Positions 23,925-36,781 of a stretch of DNA of 64,000 nt are shown here, piece after piece (positions within the stretch are counted from its first letter, which is position 1; every line of letters begins with the position of its first letter). The position numbers and the translations under genes are program-made. This DNA comes from Octopus bimaculoides. Lineage: Eukaryota. Location: contig NC_068985.1 in assembly GCF_001194135.2 (NCBI RefSeq), positions 107,540,459 to 107,604,458 of the forward strand. The letters run 5' to 3'. Under the pieces are notes generated by a model that worked only from the letters and a program-made list of their open reading frames with translations, was not told the origin of the DNA and made no database searches.

Positions 23925-24385
23925 CTAAGGAAACTGAATTAAGAAAAAAGGATTAGCAAGGAAGTTTGGTAGCTAATAGAATTTGGTGAAATAATGTTTA
24001 GTCAATGTAATTCTACTACTTCAATTGCACTTGACAAACATTTTTGCTGGAAAAACTTACTGAATAGATGAGAATGTCCAGATCAAAGAACAAAGACATA
24101 AAATTTGTAAAGGTGAATTGAATAAATTCTTGAAACAACCACCAAGATTTAAGAGACTAACAGTGAAAAATCTCATACAGACCAGTCTCCTGAATGATAA
24201 AGAATTTTACTCTACTGACTTGTGACAATACACCAAGTTCCAGACGAGGAATAATTTTTTTATACTACACTGAACCCAAACTTAAAGGCCAGACCAAGTT
24301 TCTAATGAAAGTTAAACAACAGTAAGTGTAACATAGCAAAATATGGTGAATAAAGAAGATTGAAATAATATGCTTCTTCCCTTAC

Positions 24386-24539
24386 CTGTGTAATTTTATT
24401 TTTCCTTTCTTCTAACATCAATTCTAGACTATTCCGTTTGTTAACAATTTTATGTTCGTCCCATTCTTTCCTTCGTTGCACTTCTTTCCTCTGCTGCATT
24501 ACTTTTTGCAGTTCGGATTTCTTCAAGACATTTTTACCT
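24386..24539 (-). CDS. FAM107B: FAM107-family protein, core coding exon 2
   Basis: cttcAG acceptor at 24541-24540; phase 2 joins exon 1 (TT|A = Leu). Reads GKNVLKKSELQKVMQQRKEVQRRKEWDEHKIVNKRNSLELMLEERKNKITQ (cf. FAM107 KPELQKVMEKRK...SDLE.EL). GTAAG donor at 24385-24381, phase 0. Confidence 0.92.
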
Positions 24540-25332
24540 CTGAAGTAAGAATACAAAAACGTATATCATATTATAATCACATTGCACAACAACATTGAAA
24601 TGCTGTCCAAACATTAGCAGCCAAACATACTAATTTGATCTAACTGAATAAACCAATCACATCAATTTTATTCTAATGATCTGATCAATGACTCCTGTCC
24701 CATACCAATATTTTGACAACCACCATACCTTAACCTAATCAACTTGCATTCACTACATACCAGTGATATAGCCAACATACAATATTGACCCGACCTATTA
24801 AATTTGAATATTTATGATTTTCACTGGGACAAAAAGTGATATATGAATTTAGAAACTTAAGAACTTCCGAATTAGTGACCCCTGAAGATCAGCATCTGGA
24901 AAGGACGTTAATTTGAATTGCTTAGGTGTGATTAGTGGATCCATCCCAGATTTCAGACAAAAGCACAGGACCACAAATTTTAGGAGAGAAGTTATGATTG
25001 ATTATATTGACCTAGTACTTGACTGGCACTAATTTTAATAACCCCCAAAGAGACAAAAAGTATATACTACCCTGGCGGGAGATGAACCCAGAATGTGAAG
25101 ATATGTAGTTGAATATTGTATGGCATTTTGTCCATTGGACTATCTCAGTATATTATTGATTTCTAGCATTGACATAAGGTTAGCTGGGAAGAGGTACATT
25201 TGATTTCATTGATCTTAATAATGGATGGGTATAGGCAAGTAACACTCATGAAGCTCTAGTTTTGAACTTTAGCTTTGGAACTAGATAACTTAAAAACAAC
25301 CAGTACAACTCTAGTCTGTACCACAACTCTTT

Positions 25333-25541
25333 CTCTTTACTCTTTTACTTGTTTCAGTCATTTGACTGCGGCCATGCTGGAGCACCACTTTTTAGTCGAG
25401 CAAATTGACCCCAGGACTTATTCTTTGGAAGCCTAGTACTTATACTATTGGTTTCTTTTGCCGAACCGCTAAGTTACGGGAATGTAAACACACCGCCATT
25501 GGTTGTCAAGCGATGTTGGGGAGACAAACACGGACACACAA

Positions 25542-25572
<31 letters not shown>

Positions 25573-25746
25573 CATATATACGATGGGCTTCTTTCAGTTT
25601 CCGTCTACCAAATCCACTCACAAGGCTTTGGTCGGCCCGAGGCTATAATAGAAGACACTTGCCCAAGGTGCCACGCAGTGGGACTGAACCCGGACCCATG
25701 TGGTTGGTAAACAAGCTACTTACCACACAGCCACTCCTGCGCCTAT
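25333..25746 (-). mobile_element. SINE family A (FAM107 intron)
   Basis: Full-length reverse-complement copy with an internal (CA)(TA)n tract. Confidence 0.9.
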
Positions 25747-26061
25747 AATAATAATATTAATGAATAATAATATTAATGAAATTAATAATGGTTTCAAATT
25801 TTGGCACAAGGCCACCAATTTTAGCATGGAAGGGATTAATTGATTGGTTCCTTATTTTACTGACCCTGAAGAAATACCACTAAGCATTTTGTCACTGTAG
25901 TGATACTCTCCACCAGTAGCCTTAACGATTGATATTGTCACAAGACAAAATTCTGTTGGTAGTTAGAGTCAATCAAACCAATGCAATACTTGGTGGATTG
26001 GCAGAATTGTAGAACAAAATAGTTAGTAGTCGTAGTAATAATAATGATACAAATAACTTAC

Positions 26062-26213
26062 AATCTGTGATTAAGTAAAAGTTCTTTGTGCAAATCGCGG
26101 CGTTCTTTGGACAGAATACAAGGGTTAACCAATTTTTTAGGTTGTACTAAACCATTTTCTTCATCTGAAGCTGGGTATATGTCTTCATTCAGATAGTCAG
26201 GATGTGGCTCCAT
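26062..26213 (-). CDS. FAM107B: FAM107/DRR1 (DUF1151)-family protein, core coding exon 1 (exon acceptor at 26224)
   Basis: Translates MEPHPDYLNEDIYPASDEENGLVQPKKLVNPCILSKERRDLHKELLLNHR, matching the FAM107 motif PDY..LI.P.KL.NP...S...DLH.ELL.N as I recall it. Donor GTAAGT at 26061-26056 (phase 2); acceptor ttgttacacAG at 26226-26225. Symbol means family-level similarity; A versus B orthology is not resolved. Confidence 0.9.
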
Positions 26214-26763
26214 GAAGATATTTTCTGTGTAACAATAACAGCAATGACATTTTAGGCAACGAGATAACATTTATAAAGAAGAAAAACAAAAAGATATCTC
26301 TATAACAGTTTGAAAGTAGAAATTGTGGAATAATATAACCACAAAGATAAATAAAGTTTTGGTGTAATTTTTATTATTTATCTAACCCATGCCAGCATGG
26401 AAGACAGACATTAAATGATGATGATGATTCAATGTCTTTAGTTCCACTTTTCCATGCTTGCATGGGTCACACAATAACTTTGATGAAGTGTATTTTTCTA
26501 TGATTGAATGCTCTTCCCGTTGCTAACCCTCATCTGTTTCTTTAAGTCTATCTAGCTAACAACAAATACCTGGACATGCTTTTACAGAGAAATCTTAACA
26601 AGTGACACCGTTTGTATGAATGGTGACTTCTTGTTTACAATCAGGTGCAGGCATGATTGAGTGGTTAAGAAGTTTGCATACCCAACCACATGACATTTTG
26701 GGCACAGGTTGGAAACAAACCACATTGCTTATATGACAGTGATGCTCATTTGTAATTATTGTA

Positions 26764-27310
26764 CAGGGTGTCCACAAAGTCTGGGTACATGGAGTAAATA
26801 AAATCATAACATAAACAGTTAAATATAAGAAATAATAATTTCTTAAAGTATGTGTTAATCTCCATGTGGGTACATGGAGTAAATAAAATTGTGACATAAA
26901 CAATTAAATATAAGAAATAATAATTTCTTAAAGTATGTGTTAATCTCCATGTGGGTACATGGAGTAAATAAAATCGTGACATAAACATTTAAATATAAAA
27001 AATTATAATTTCTTAAAGAATGTGTTAATCCCCATGTGGGTACATGGAGTAAATAAAATCATAACATAAACAATTAAATATAAGAAATAATAATTTCTTA
27101 AAGTATGTGTTGATCTCCATGTGGGTACATGGAGAAAATAAAATCGTGACAAACATTTAAATATAAAAAATAATTTTTTAAAGAATGTGTTAATCCCCAT
27201 GTGGGTACATGGAGTAAATAAAATCATAACATAAACATTTAAATATAAGAAATTATAATTTCTTAAAGTATGTGTTAATCCCCATGTACCCAGACTTTGT
27301 GGACACCCTG
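26764..27310. mobile_element. Tc1/mariner-type MITE with an internal 6x85-bp tandem array
   Basis: Perfect 29-bp TIR CAGGGTGTCCACAAAGTCTGGGTACATGG with TA on both flanks. Units start at 26783, 26868, 26953, 27038, 27123 and 27203. Confidence 0.92.
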
Positions 27311-27572
27311 TATAATGTCACATACATAAAAGACACATGTAATGGGTTTCTTGTAGTTTACATCAACCAGTTCAACTCACAAGGCTTTGGTTGGCCTGGT
27401 ACCATTTGCCCATGTTGCTGTGCAATGGAATTGAATACAAAACTGTGGTTGGGAAGCAGGATTCTTAACCATGCAGCCATACATGTGCCTATACATTAAT
27501 ATTATTACAAGACATCAAACAAGTATCAAATACTTTTTATCAAGAAGTAGAAACTATTGTTTATAAACTAAA

Positions 27573-27872
27573 TCATCATCATTATCATTTAACGTTTGTT
27601 TTCCATGCTGGTATGGGTTAGACGGTTTGACTAAGAACTGGTAAGCCAGGAGGCTGCACCAGGCTCCAATCCGATTTGGCAAGATTTCTATAGCTGGATG
27701 CTCTTTCTAACACCAACCACTCCAGTTTTATGTGCCACTGGCATGGGAGCCAGTTAGGCGGCACTGGCATCAGTTATGGTTGAATGGTGCTTTTTATGTG
27801 CCAGTCAGGCGGCTCTGGCATAGGCCATGCTTGAATGGTGCTTTTTATATGCTAGTCAGGCGGTACTGGTAT
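27573..27872 (-). mobile_element. 3'-end copy of the PHD-RTE family
   Basis: CATCATC..TTTAACGT..TTTTCCATGCTGG.ATGGGTT...GCTGGATGC..CACCAACCACTCC. Confidence 0.8.
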
Positions 27873-28809
27873 GTTATATTAAAATTAAGTGCTTGTAACT
27901 ATACAAATATGATAATAATTAAACCTAAACAATATGTACACAAACACCAAATATAGAAACACAAAGATGTATGTGCGAAACAAAGTTTTGTATGTTCGAC
28001 TGAAGTAGCCCATAAATTGATCCAGAATAAGTCTATAAAAGTGAAACTAGCAGGGCATAGAGTAAGTTGGTTGTGATGCAAATAAACGATGACTGTTTCA
28101 AGAAAATATATAGCAAATTAAGAGCATAAAAGTAGATGGAGAAATTCTTGTGACAAAATGGTTAAATTACAGATGCAGCTGTCTGGACATCACATATAGA
28201 ATGATATACATTATAAAAATGCATACAGATGTATTGCAGATATTTCAACTAGCCAGCACAGAAAAACAGATGTGGTGATGATGATAATGAAATATAAACA
28301 AATATATGAAAGACTTCTCGTAAACATATCAAAAAATAGCTAAGCATAAGAAAGTATGAAAGTTAGGTAAGGTGTTGGCTAAGCAGTATTTTATACTTAC
28401 AAATATCAGTGTTCTTGAAATAATTCAGTTTAAAAATAATCACCATAATAGTTTAAACTATGTAGTCAATTAAGAAACAAGTGGAAAGAACAGTTTTTTC
28501 TCTGTGTAAATCAATGATATAGATATACAGTGGAGGTGGCTGATAAAATCAGTTACAGCAATTATCTATAAATCAAAAATATTAATCTAAGTCTTACAGA
28601 TAGCATACATGACTTAAATAGGTCAAAAGACGTCAAGTAATTTAATGACATTCAGAAAACAGCAGGAGGATGGTATCTAGCAAATAGATCAGAGACGAAT
28701 GGCTTGTAAATAAAACAAAGGCAGAATATTTGTAGTACCAATTAAAATGGTAATCTGTCCTGTCCAGATTTTATAGTTTGGCCAAAGGTGAAATACAACA
28801 TTATCTTAC

Positions 28810-28870
28810 CTTGAGAGTGAAAGCTATGCTGCATTTCATCTGCTGGGGTGCCAGGCAATGATCGAGCTTT
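28810..28870 (-). CDS. probable upstream FAM107 exon (KARSLPGTPADEMQHSFHSQ)
   Basis: Acceptor ttgtctttttcAG (28872-28871) and donor AAG|GTAAGA (28809-28804). The 61 nt end in phase 1 and join 26224 (G|AA AAT ATC TTC ATG) with no stop, in frame with the core CDS. Confidence 0.7.
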
Positions 28871-29436
28871 CTGAAAAAGACAAAATCAAGAATTACTAAA
28901 CATATTTACAGGAGCATACAGAGGTAAATCAATGTAGGATTGGTGAGTTAGCGTCATAGCAGTTATCCGGTTTTTAGCTAGCCATTTCCTCACTAAATCT
29001 AAAGTAGGGACTCTCATACTAACGTTATCTCCTGTCATGTTCAATCAATAGGCTGTTTTCTAAGTCTGATTATTTCAAGATGGAAGAGGCAATTTATACA
29101 AATGAGAAACTTACCAGGATCTGGAGAGCCAAGCAAGAAAACAGGATTTCCGTGAAATAGATTTGTTAAGTTTTGCCATAAAAAGTGATAAAAAAATGAT
29201 GACAATTCAAATATCGATGTTTATTGGTGAATTAATTGTAATAAGGAGAATAAAAGTACTTCAAGATATAAATAGTATCTGAAGGGAAATGATGCTAGGT
29301 TTGGATGATACTTAATGACTAAGGAATTAGAGTTTACAGCTTCCTTGGAAAATCTTCATAACACCATTCAAAAGAAAATAATGGATAATACTTTGAAAAA
29401 AAAAAAAAAAAAATTAATGTTACAGTAAAACATGAC

Positions 29437-29831
29437 ATAGGTGCAGGAGTGGCTGTGTGGTAAGTAGCTTGCTTACCAACCACATGGTTCCTGGTTCAGT
29501 CTCAATGCATGGCACCTTGGGCAAGTGTCTTCTACTATAGCCTCGGGCCGACCAAAGCCTTGTGAGTGGATTTGGTAGACGGAAACTGAAAGAAGCCTGT
29601 CGTATATATGTATATATGTGTGTGTGTGTGTGTGTCTGTATTTGTCCCCCTAGCATTGCTTGACAACCGATGCAGGTGTGTTTATGTCCCCGTAACTTAG
29701 CGATTCGGCAAAAGAGACCAATAGAATAAGTACTAGGCTTCCAAAGAATAAGTCCTGGGTTTGATTTGCTCGACTAAAGGCGGTGCTCCAGCATGGCCGC
29801 AGTCAAATGACTGAAACGAGCAAAGAGTAAA
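29437..29831 (+). mobile_element. SINE family A
   Basis: Full-length copy with A/B boxes and family tail. Confidence 0.9.
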
Positions 29832-30623
29832 CATCTCAGTGGTTTGTTGAGACATTGACACCTTTCACTTGCAATTTCTTCATATTTCAGCATTTAACTG
29901 AAAAGTTAGTGTAGAGAGACAGGACAATAGAATTTAAATTTTAGGGACAAAAAATTAAGCAAAAATGTTAATATGAAGTGTGGCAGATAGGGGTGGTAGT
30001 ACATTAAACAGGTATAGTTGGGGTACTACCCTTTCTTGTGTATAGCAAATGGGGCAGGTTCTTTTTTTTCCTTCTTAAGTGTGAGCCTGTGACTGGAAAT
30101 GTTGGTTTGATTGAGTGCTTAGTTTTCCTGCAAGAAATTTCAGCCTGGTATCAATAGCATATGTACTGGCAGTCTAGTGACGAGAAGTCAAAAGCCAAAG
30201 AATGTTTCCACTATAAAGATAGTTGTATCTTAAACAGATATATTAGATTTGGTCATAATTCCAGAGAATCTTACACAGGTCTATTCACACCTCACACCCA
30301 TTTCATGTAGTTGGAAGTTAGAAAAAATTTTAATATTAAATTTTTGGACAGTGTTTCTTTTAAGTGAAGGCCTCTGTTGGAATTTTTCTTTTGGGGACCT
30401 AGTCTGCTTTAAGCTAAATTGTGTTGTAATGTGGTAATTTGGAGGTAGATAGAATATATATGTTCGTCTGTAATTAGATTTGTAAATTTACTCTCATTTT
30501 ACTCAGCTTAATGTGAATTCACCCCAAGACCCGGACTAACGCTTTAATCTTTAAGTTAATTTGTTTGAGAAAATCTGCAGCGTGTTTACCACTTCATACC
30601 ATTTAACAAGACAGCTGAAAATT

Positions 30624-30907
30624 CTTTCAGATCGTTGCCAGTGCTGCTGGACTGGCTCCTGTACAGGTGGCACGTAAAAAACACCATTTTGAGCGTGGCT
30701 GTTACCAGTTCCGCGTGACTGGCCCTCGTGCTGGTGGCACGTTAAAGCACCCAATACACTCTCGGAGTGGTAGGCGTTAGGAAGGGCATCCAACTGTAGA
30801 AACTCTGCCAGATCAGATTAGAGCCTGGTGCAGCCATCCGGTTCACCAGTACTCAGTCAAATCGTCCAACCCATGCTAGCATGGAAAGTGGACATTAAAT
30901 GATGATG
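30624..30907 (+). mobile_element. 3'-end copy of the PHD-RTE family
   Basis: Same 3' UTR and (TGA)n tail as 48500-48853. Confidence 0.85.
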
Positions 30908-32304
30908 TACTATTAGTAAGCAACCTAAAAAATTTAACACTACAAGTGCAGACATGGCTGTGTAGTTATGAAGTATATTTTGTAACCAAGTGCATTTGGG
31001 TTTAGTCTCAGTCTGGTCAATGCCCTGTGAGTGGAGCAGGTACATGGACACTGTATTAAAACACGTTGTGTGTTGTGTGAGTGAGTGAGAGCACATGTGT
31101 GAATATTAACTTCATGTGTCCTCATTAATACTGTGTTAGTAAAAAAAAAGAAAACAGTGATATTGTTAACATTCTCTAATAAACAAATTTCCTGTAGTAC
31201 AGTGGACACATGTAAAACACCAATTTTTTAAAAACAAGTGGGAGCTAGGTGACTGGAAAACATGCAGCTGTAGAAAATCTGCTTCAATAAGTTTTGTCTA
31301 ACCCATGCCAGCATGAAGAAATGGATGTAAAAAACGATGTTGATTATCTTTGTTATTAAGAGGTATGAATTATTTAATTCTCCAGCAGAACTATTAGCAG
31401 AAAGAAGTAGAAACTACATGAAATAAACTAGTTTAGATGAAGATGTATAGTTTATAACTGGAACCATTATCACAAACAATAGCCTGACTGATTTCCTTCA
31501 CATTTTTCCACCAACAAACAAACACATTCGCAATATCTGTCACAGAATTTTATTTCTGAAATGTTATAGTAAGGGCCAATGATTCATCAAACTTTAGATA
31601 AGCCATAAAAAAAAGAAAAAAAAAAAAGAAAAAAGAAACGTGTGACATAATTAAAAGGTCACTTTCCCACAGCATGAAATTGAGGAAATCATGATTTAAA
31701 CTTTCTATAAATTACCTCTGCAACCAGTAAAAATACAAACTCCTTAAATCACCAGTCAATTTACTTATATGTATGTTGGAATTAAACACACACCCACATA
31801 AACACTATACATATATATATAGAGAGAAGCATCATTGGGTGTGATGGGAAAGATAAACATTTATGCCTCTTAATGTGTTGATTTTATACTTTGTTGAATG
31901 CTGGGGCTTATTTTATTGACTATGAAAGGATAAAAGGCAAAGCTGACCTTGTTAGGATTTGAACTGATAAGCTGGGGATATAAAACTCTCCCACCCCAAC
32001 ACCGACTCAAAAGTATATCGAAGAGTGACAACAATGTCTTAACTAGAACATATTTGTAAAAGATTAGTAGAATGATGATGCACAAAATGATTTAGTGAGA
32101 AATATCTAGTGTTATTTCTGCATGTTTTGAGTTCAAACCTCACTAGAGTTGTCTCTGTATTTCATCTCTCTAGAACCATTAAGGTAAATTACCAGGCATA
32201 AATATACCGAGAGAAAATTTTAACTGATGCACTTTGGAAAAGAGAATGTGCTCGAGTAACATATTCTCTTCCTTCAAGGGAACTACTCACAACATCCAAT
32301 AATA

Positions 32305-32650
32305 TTAGGGATGTTAGGAATAATTGTAGACAACAATCTCAGCTGAAGTACTCACATCAACAATGAGTCGATATGGCTTGCAAGATGAGCTGCTAGCTCT
32401 CCAGAACTTTCCAGCTCGGAGAGCAAGATGTCATGATTCCCCTTTTCTCCTCCTTTGTACAGCCGCACCTAGAAAACTGCCACCATCTGGGGTCTCCCAC
32501 ACCAAACACAACAGTGTATAAGAGCTGAGTCACCACAGAGAACAAGTACTAGAAAAGTAAAAGGCATGACTGATCTTGATTACTGGGACCACTCTTAAAA
32601 TATTGAAACTATATTCTTTATAATGCCGCCATGAACACTACATCATGTGA
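32305..32650 (+). mobile_element. degenerate CR1/L2-group LINE RT C-terminal fragment
   Basis: ..LGIIVDNNLS*STHIN...VMIPLFSSFVQPHLEN...QRTSTRKVKGMTDLDYWD.LKILKLYSL, with frameshifts. Confidence 0.65.
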
Positions 32651-35636
32651 TAGTTATAAATGAGTGTCGCTGTCATACAAGCAGTGTCCATTTCCAATCT
32701 TCTGAGCAGAGAAGATTTTATGACAAACATAGAATGCAGAAAGGGGAGACATGGTGGGGTAGGGTTGCAGGACACACATAAATGATGAAAAACAGATGAA
32801 TGTCAACAGAGCCATTCAAACCTGTATCAGCATACAAAAAAGAGAAAAAGAGCCCCCAGAATATCTGCTGATGACAAGCTGAATAAAATTAGCATAAAAA
32901 ATAATTATAAACTATTTAATTTGTAATATTGCTAAATTGGCCTACTGAAAATAGGTTTTAAATATTTATTAATTTACTCAAATATCCACAAAACATTTTT
33001 AGTGATTTGAATTGCCTTCATAATTCCTTAATAGTTTGTTAATTTGTTTTTGTTACCTTTATAGATGGAATAGGGGACTATATCCCTGGGAAAGGAGGTC
33101 TATCTAGTGTAAGTTGGCAAAAAGGAAATTGCTGAATGAATTGCAATTGCAGAGAAGTGTTCAATTCAACTGGCTATGGTCAAATAAGGTGTCATAACCA
33201 CTAAAACCACACTTCCACAAGACGTTTTGTTGATGGTGAAAACAAAGACTTGTTAAAAATTTCAGTACATTTACTTATATATTTGTAGTAAAGTAATATT
33301 TTAAATATGAATGTGAAGGGGAGAGTACATTCAAGAGATGTAACTTAAAATATCACATCAATATATAAAACTGTTGTAAAAACAATCTGGAAGACTGCAA
33401 TTTTCTGACAATATTCCCTTCTTAAATTATAGGAGATAGAAGAAAAAGCTCAGTTTATTTTGGTTAATAAAAAAGAAATGAAAAATTTTTTCACTTGATT
33501 AATTAACAAACAAGAATTTAGCAGTCAACCAAGGGCTGAAATGGACTGACTTCTCCAGTCTTTTAAACTATATATTCAGGACATGGTTGATTTGTTAAGT
33601 AACTCTTGCAATATATATTTGCTGTTCTATATTGGAATCATTATATTTTCCATCTCCCAGGGATCAATAGAACACTAGGATCAATGTTTCCTTATAAAGA
33701 TTGGTTTATCGTTTTGTGCCTAGTCAAAAGAATCTAATATAGTTTCAACTATTGCACCACAATATATGTCTATATCATTTGAACTTCATTCACATCACCT
33801 TCAAAGGCTCCTATATGTCTGCAAATATGGCAATTTAGCAAAATTGCTATTTCTGCATTCTTAATAAGAGATTCATAAAATGGTATGAAAATTCAAATCG
33901 ATAAACAGGAGAAGGAGCAACCATCATGTCAACATGCCAACTTGTACATTTGCTGATATTTCCGAAATATGAGAAGATTTATGTGAAATCCACATCAGCA
34001 TAATAAACATGGGTCTTAAAACATTAAAAACAATAGAGAAAACAACCGAATGAAATAGTATGAACAGCTCCATTGATCTGTTTTAATAAAACAATATTAT
34101 TGTCTTCCCACTAAGGAAATAAAAAAAAAATATATACATATACATTAAAAACTACTGAAAGAAAGAAAGAAAAATATGAAGAAAAATATGAAGCAATCCT
34201 GATAACAATCTCACTTTCAGATTCAGTGCAGGTTGGTCAGCTATAGAAGGAGGAAAAGTGGAGATGAAGGTATTGAATTCCAGATAGAAGTCTTGTAGGT
34301 TATATACTTTAACGCACAAGTCAAACTGGAACCAATTGCAATACAGTGCAGAAAAATAGAACCACTTATGCTAGGATATACAATATCACCAGTACTAATA
34401 CATTATTCAGCCCTGATGATAATGAAGTATGATAATCATAGATCAAATATGACACAAGTAGTTACAATCAGGTTAGATCAGATTTCATATACGTTACAGT
34501 AGTGGAATGGCAGAGGTGGTAGTGTGCCGGACTAAATATCTTGTGTGTCAAGCTGGCAGAATTGTTAGCATGTTGGACAAAATGCTTAGCAATATTTCTT
34601 CCAGCCCAACTCTATGTTCAGAGTTCAAATTCCACTGAAGTCAACTTTGCCTTTCATCCTTTTGGAGTTGATAAAATTAAGTACCAGCTAAATACTGGAG
34701 TCAAAGGTATTGATTAATCAACTCCTCCCCTCAAAATCACTGGTCTTGTGCCAAAATTTGAAACAATGTTATTATCATCATTGGTAAGGTCCTTGAATAT
34801 AGGACCATAAAATAAGTATCAGTACTTGATTTAGTCAACTAAATCTCTTCCCTACAGTTTTTGGCCTTTGTCTATGTGAAATCTTCACACACACACACAC
34901 ACATTACAATGATACCCCTTCTTTTATTACACAACAGATCTAAAAGTTCCAATAGCAATGTGGTGTTCAATCTATCCTATATAAGAGCTACATCACTGTC
35001 AATACCTTTTCATCACTTCTACTGACTTCTAGCCCTCAAATCCAATATTAGGTGCATATTAGAAAAAGATATGGAACACACATAGGCTTGTACATTATAT
35101 ATAATAATAATAATATCCTGTGCATGTGAGTACACATCTCACTCCGTATACACACACTCTAACCAAAAGAACTACTGTTCCCTTGCTGTAATCTTTAGAT
35201 GTATTTCTACCTGTTTAACATCTCTACAGAATGCTTCAAAATTGATGAGTCTATGAATACAAACACATGTGCTGACACAGAATCTCTCTCTCACACACAC
35301 ACACACACATATCCTATGCTATTTCACTTATTTATTATTATTAATCAACCAGAATTTGCAAAATCATTAGAGAAACAGGCAAAATGCCTTGTGGCATTTC
35401 TTTCAGTTTTCTATATTGAGTTCAAATCCCACTGAGGTCAACTTTGCTTTTTGCTCTCTTTTGGGTCAATAAAATAAAATACCAATAAAGTACTGGTGCT
35501 GATGGTTTTAACTAACATTCTTCCTTCAATATTACTAGTTTGAGCCTAAATAAGAAATCACTAATAGTTGACAAGGTAACTACTAACTAATCAACTGCTT
35601 GACTAATCATTTGCTCAATTGATCAATCAGCTGGTT

Positions 35637-36007
35637 TAGGAGTGGTTGTGGTAAGTAGCTTGCTTACCAACCACATGGTTCCGGGTTCAGTCCCACTGCA
35701 TGGTACCTTGGGCAAGTGTCTTCTTCTATAGCCTTGGGCCAACCAAAGCCTTGTGAGTGGATTTGGTAGACGGAAACTGAAAGAAGCCCGTCATATATAT
35801 GTATATGTGTCTGTATCTGTGTTTGTCCCCCCCCCCCAACATCGCTTGACAACCGATGCTGGTGTGTTTATGTCCCCGTAACTTAGTAGATTGGCAAAAG
35901 AGACCGATGAAATAAGTACTAAGCTTACAAAAAATAAGTCCTGGGGTTGATTTCCTCGACTAAAGGCGGTGCTCCAGCATGGCTGCAGTCAAATGACTGA
36001 AAAGAGT
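35637..36007 (+). mobile_element. SINE family A
   Basis: Full-length family match. Confidence 0.9.
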
Positions 36008-36414
36008 TACATTTGTGACCTCATTAATGATATCCAATGAGAATCTGCTCCAGGTCCACCACAGAGTATCACAAATTATGATAAACAGACTGACAAACCA
36101 ACTGATAAAGCAACTAGCCATGCAACTTATTAGTTTATTAGTTAATTGGTTAACTACTTCAGTAAAAATAATTCTTATTTTGACACAAGGTCAGTCATTT
36201 TGTGGGGAGAAGGCTAGTTGATTATATCAACCCCAGTACTTGACAGGTAATTTTTTTTTATTGACCCCCAAGAGGAATGAAAGGTACTAATGATTCTGCA
36301 GTTCATAGAAAGGAGCAAAATAAGATTAGTGTGTAGGATTTTATTGGCTAAATGACCCTCCCAAGATACTACATCTGTCTCAACAATTTCAGATCAAGAA
36401 TCTTGCAATACACA

Positions 36415-36781
36415 TCTTTCATGTGCTTCAGTCATTGGCCTCTGGCCATGCTGGGGCACTTACCTTGAGGGGTTTCAATCAAATGAATTGACCCAAGTAT
36501 TTATCTTTTTAAAGCCTGGTGCTTATTCTGTCTCTTTTTCTGAACCCCTAAGTTATGGGTACTTAAACAAACCAATCTCAATTGTCAAGTGGCGGTGGGA
36601 CAAACAAACACATGCACATACATGGCTTCTTTCAGTTTCCCTTTCCCAAATCCATGTACAAGGCTTTGGTTGGCCAAGGGCTATAGTAGAAGACATTTGC
36701 TCAAGGTGTCATGCAGTGGGACTGAACCCGGAACTATATGTTTAGGAAGCAAAGTTCTTATGCAGCCACGGCTGTGCCTAT
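36415..36781 (-). mobile_element. diverged SINE family A
   Basis: Reverse-complement family match. Confidence 0.75.

Noticed and set aside
26783-27287. CRISPR-like array
   Set aside because: The units are full tandem repeats without unique spacers, inside TIRs, in a eukaryotic context.
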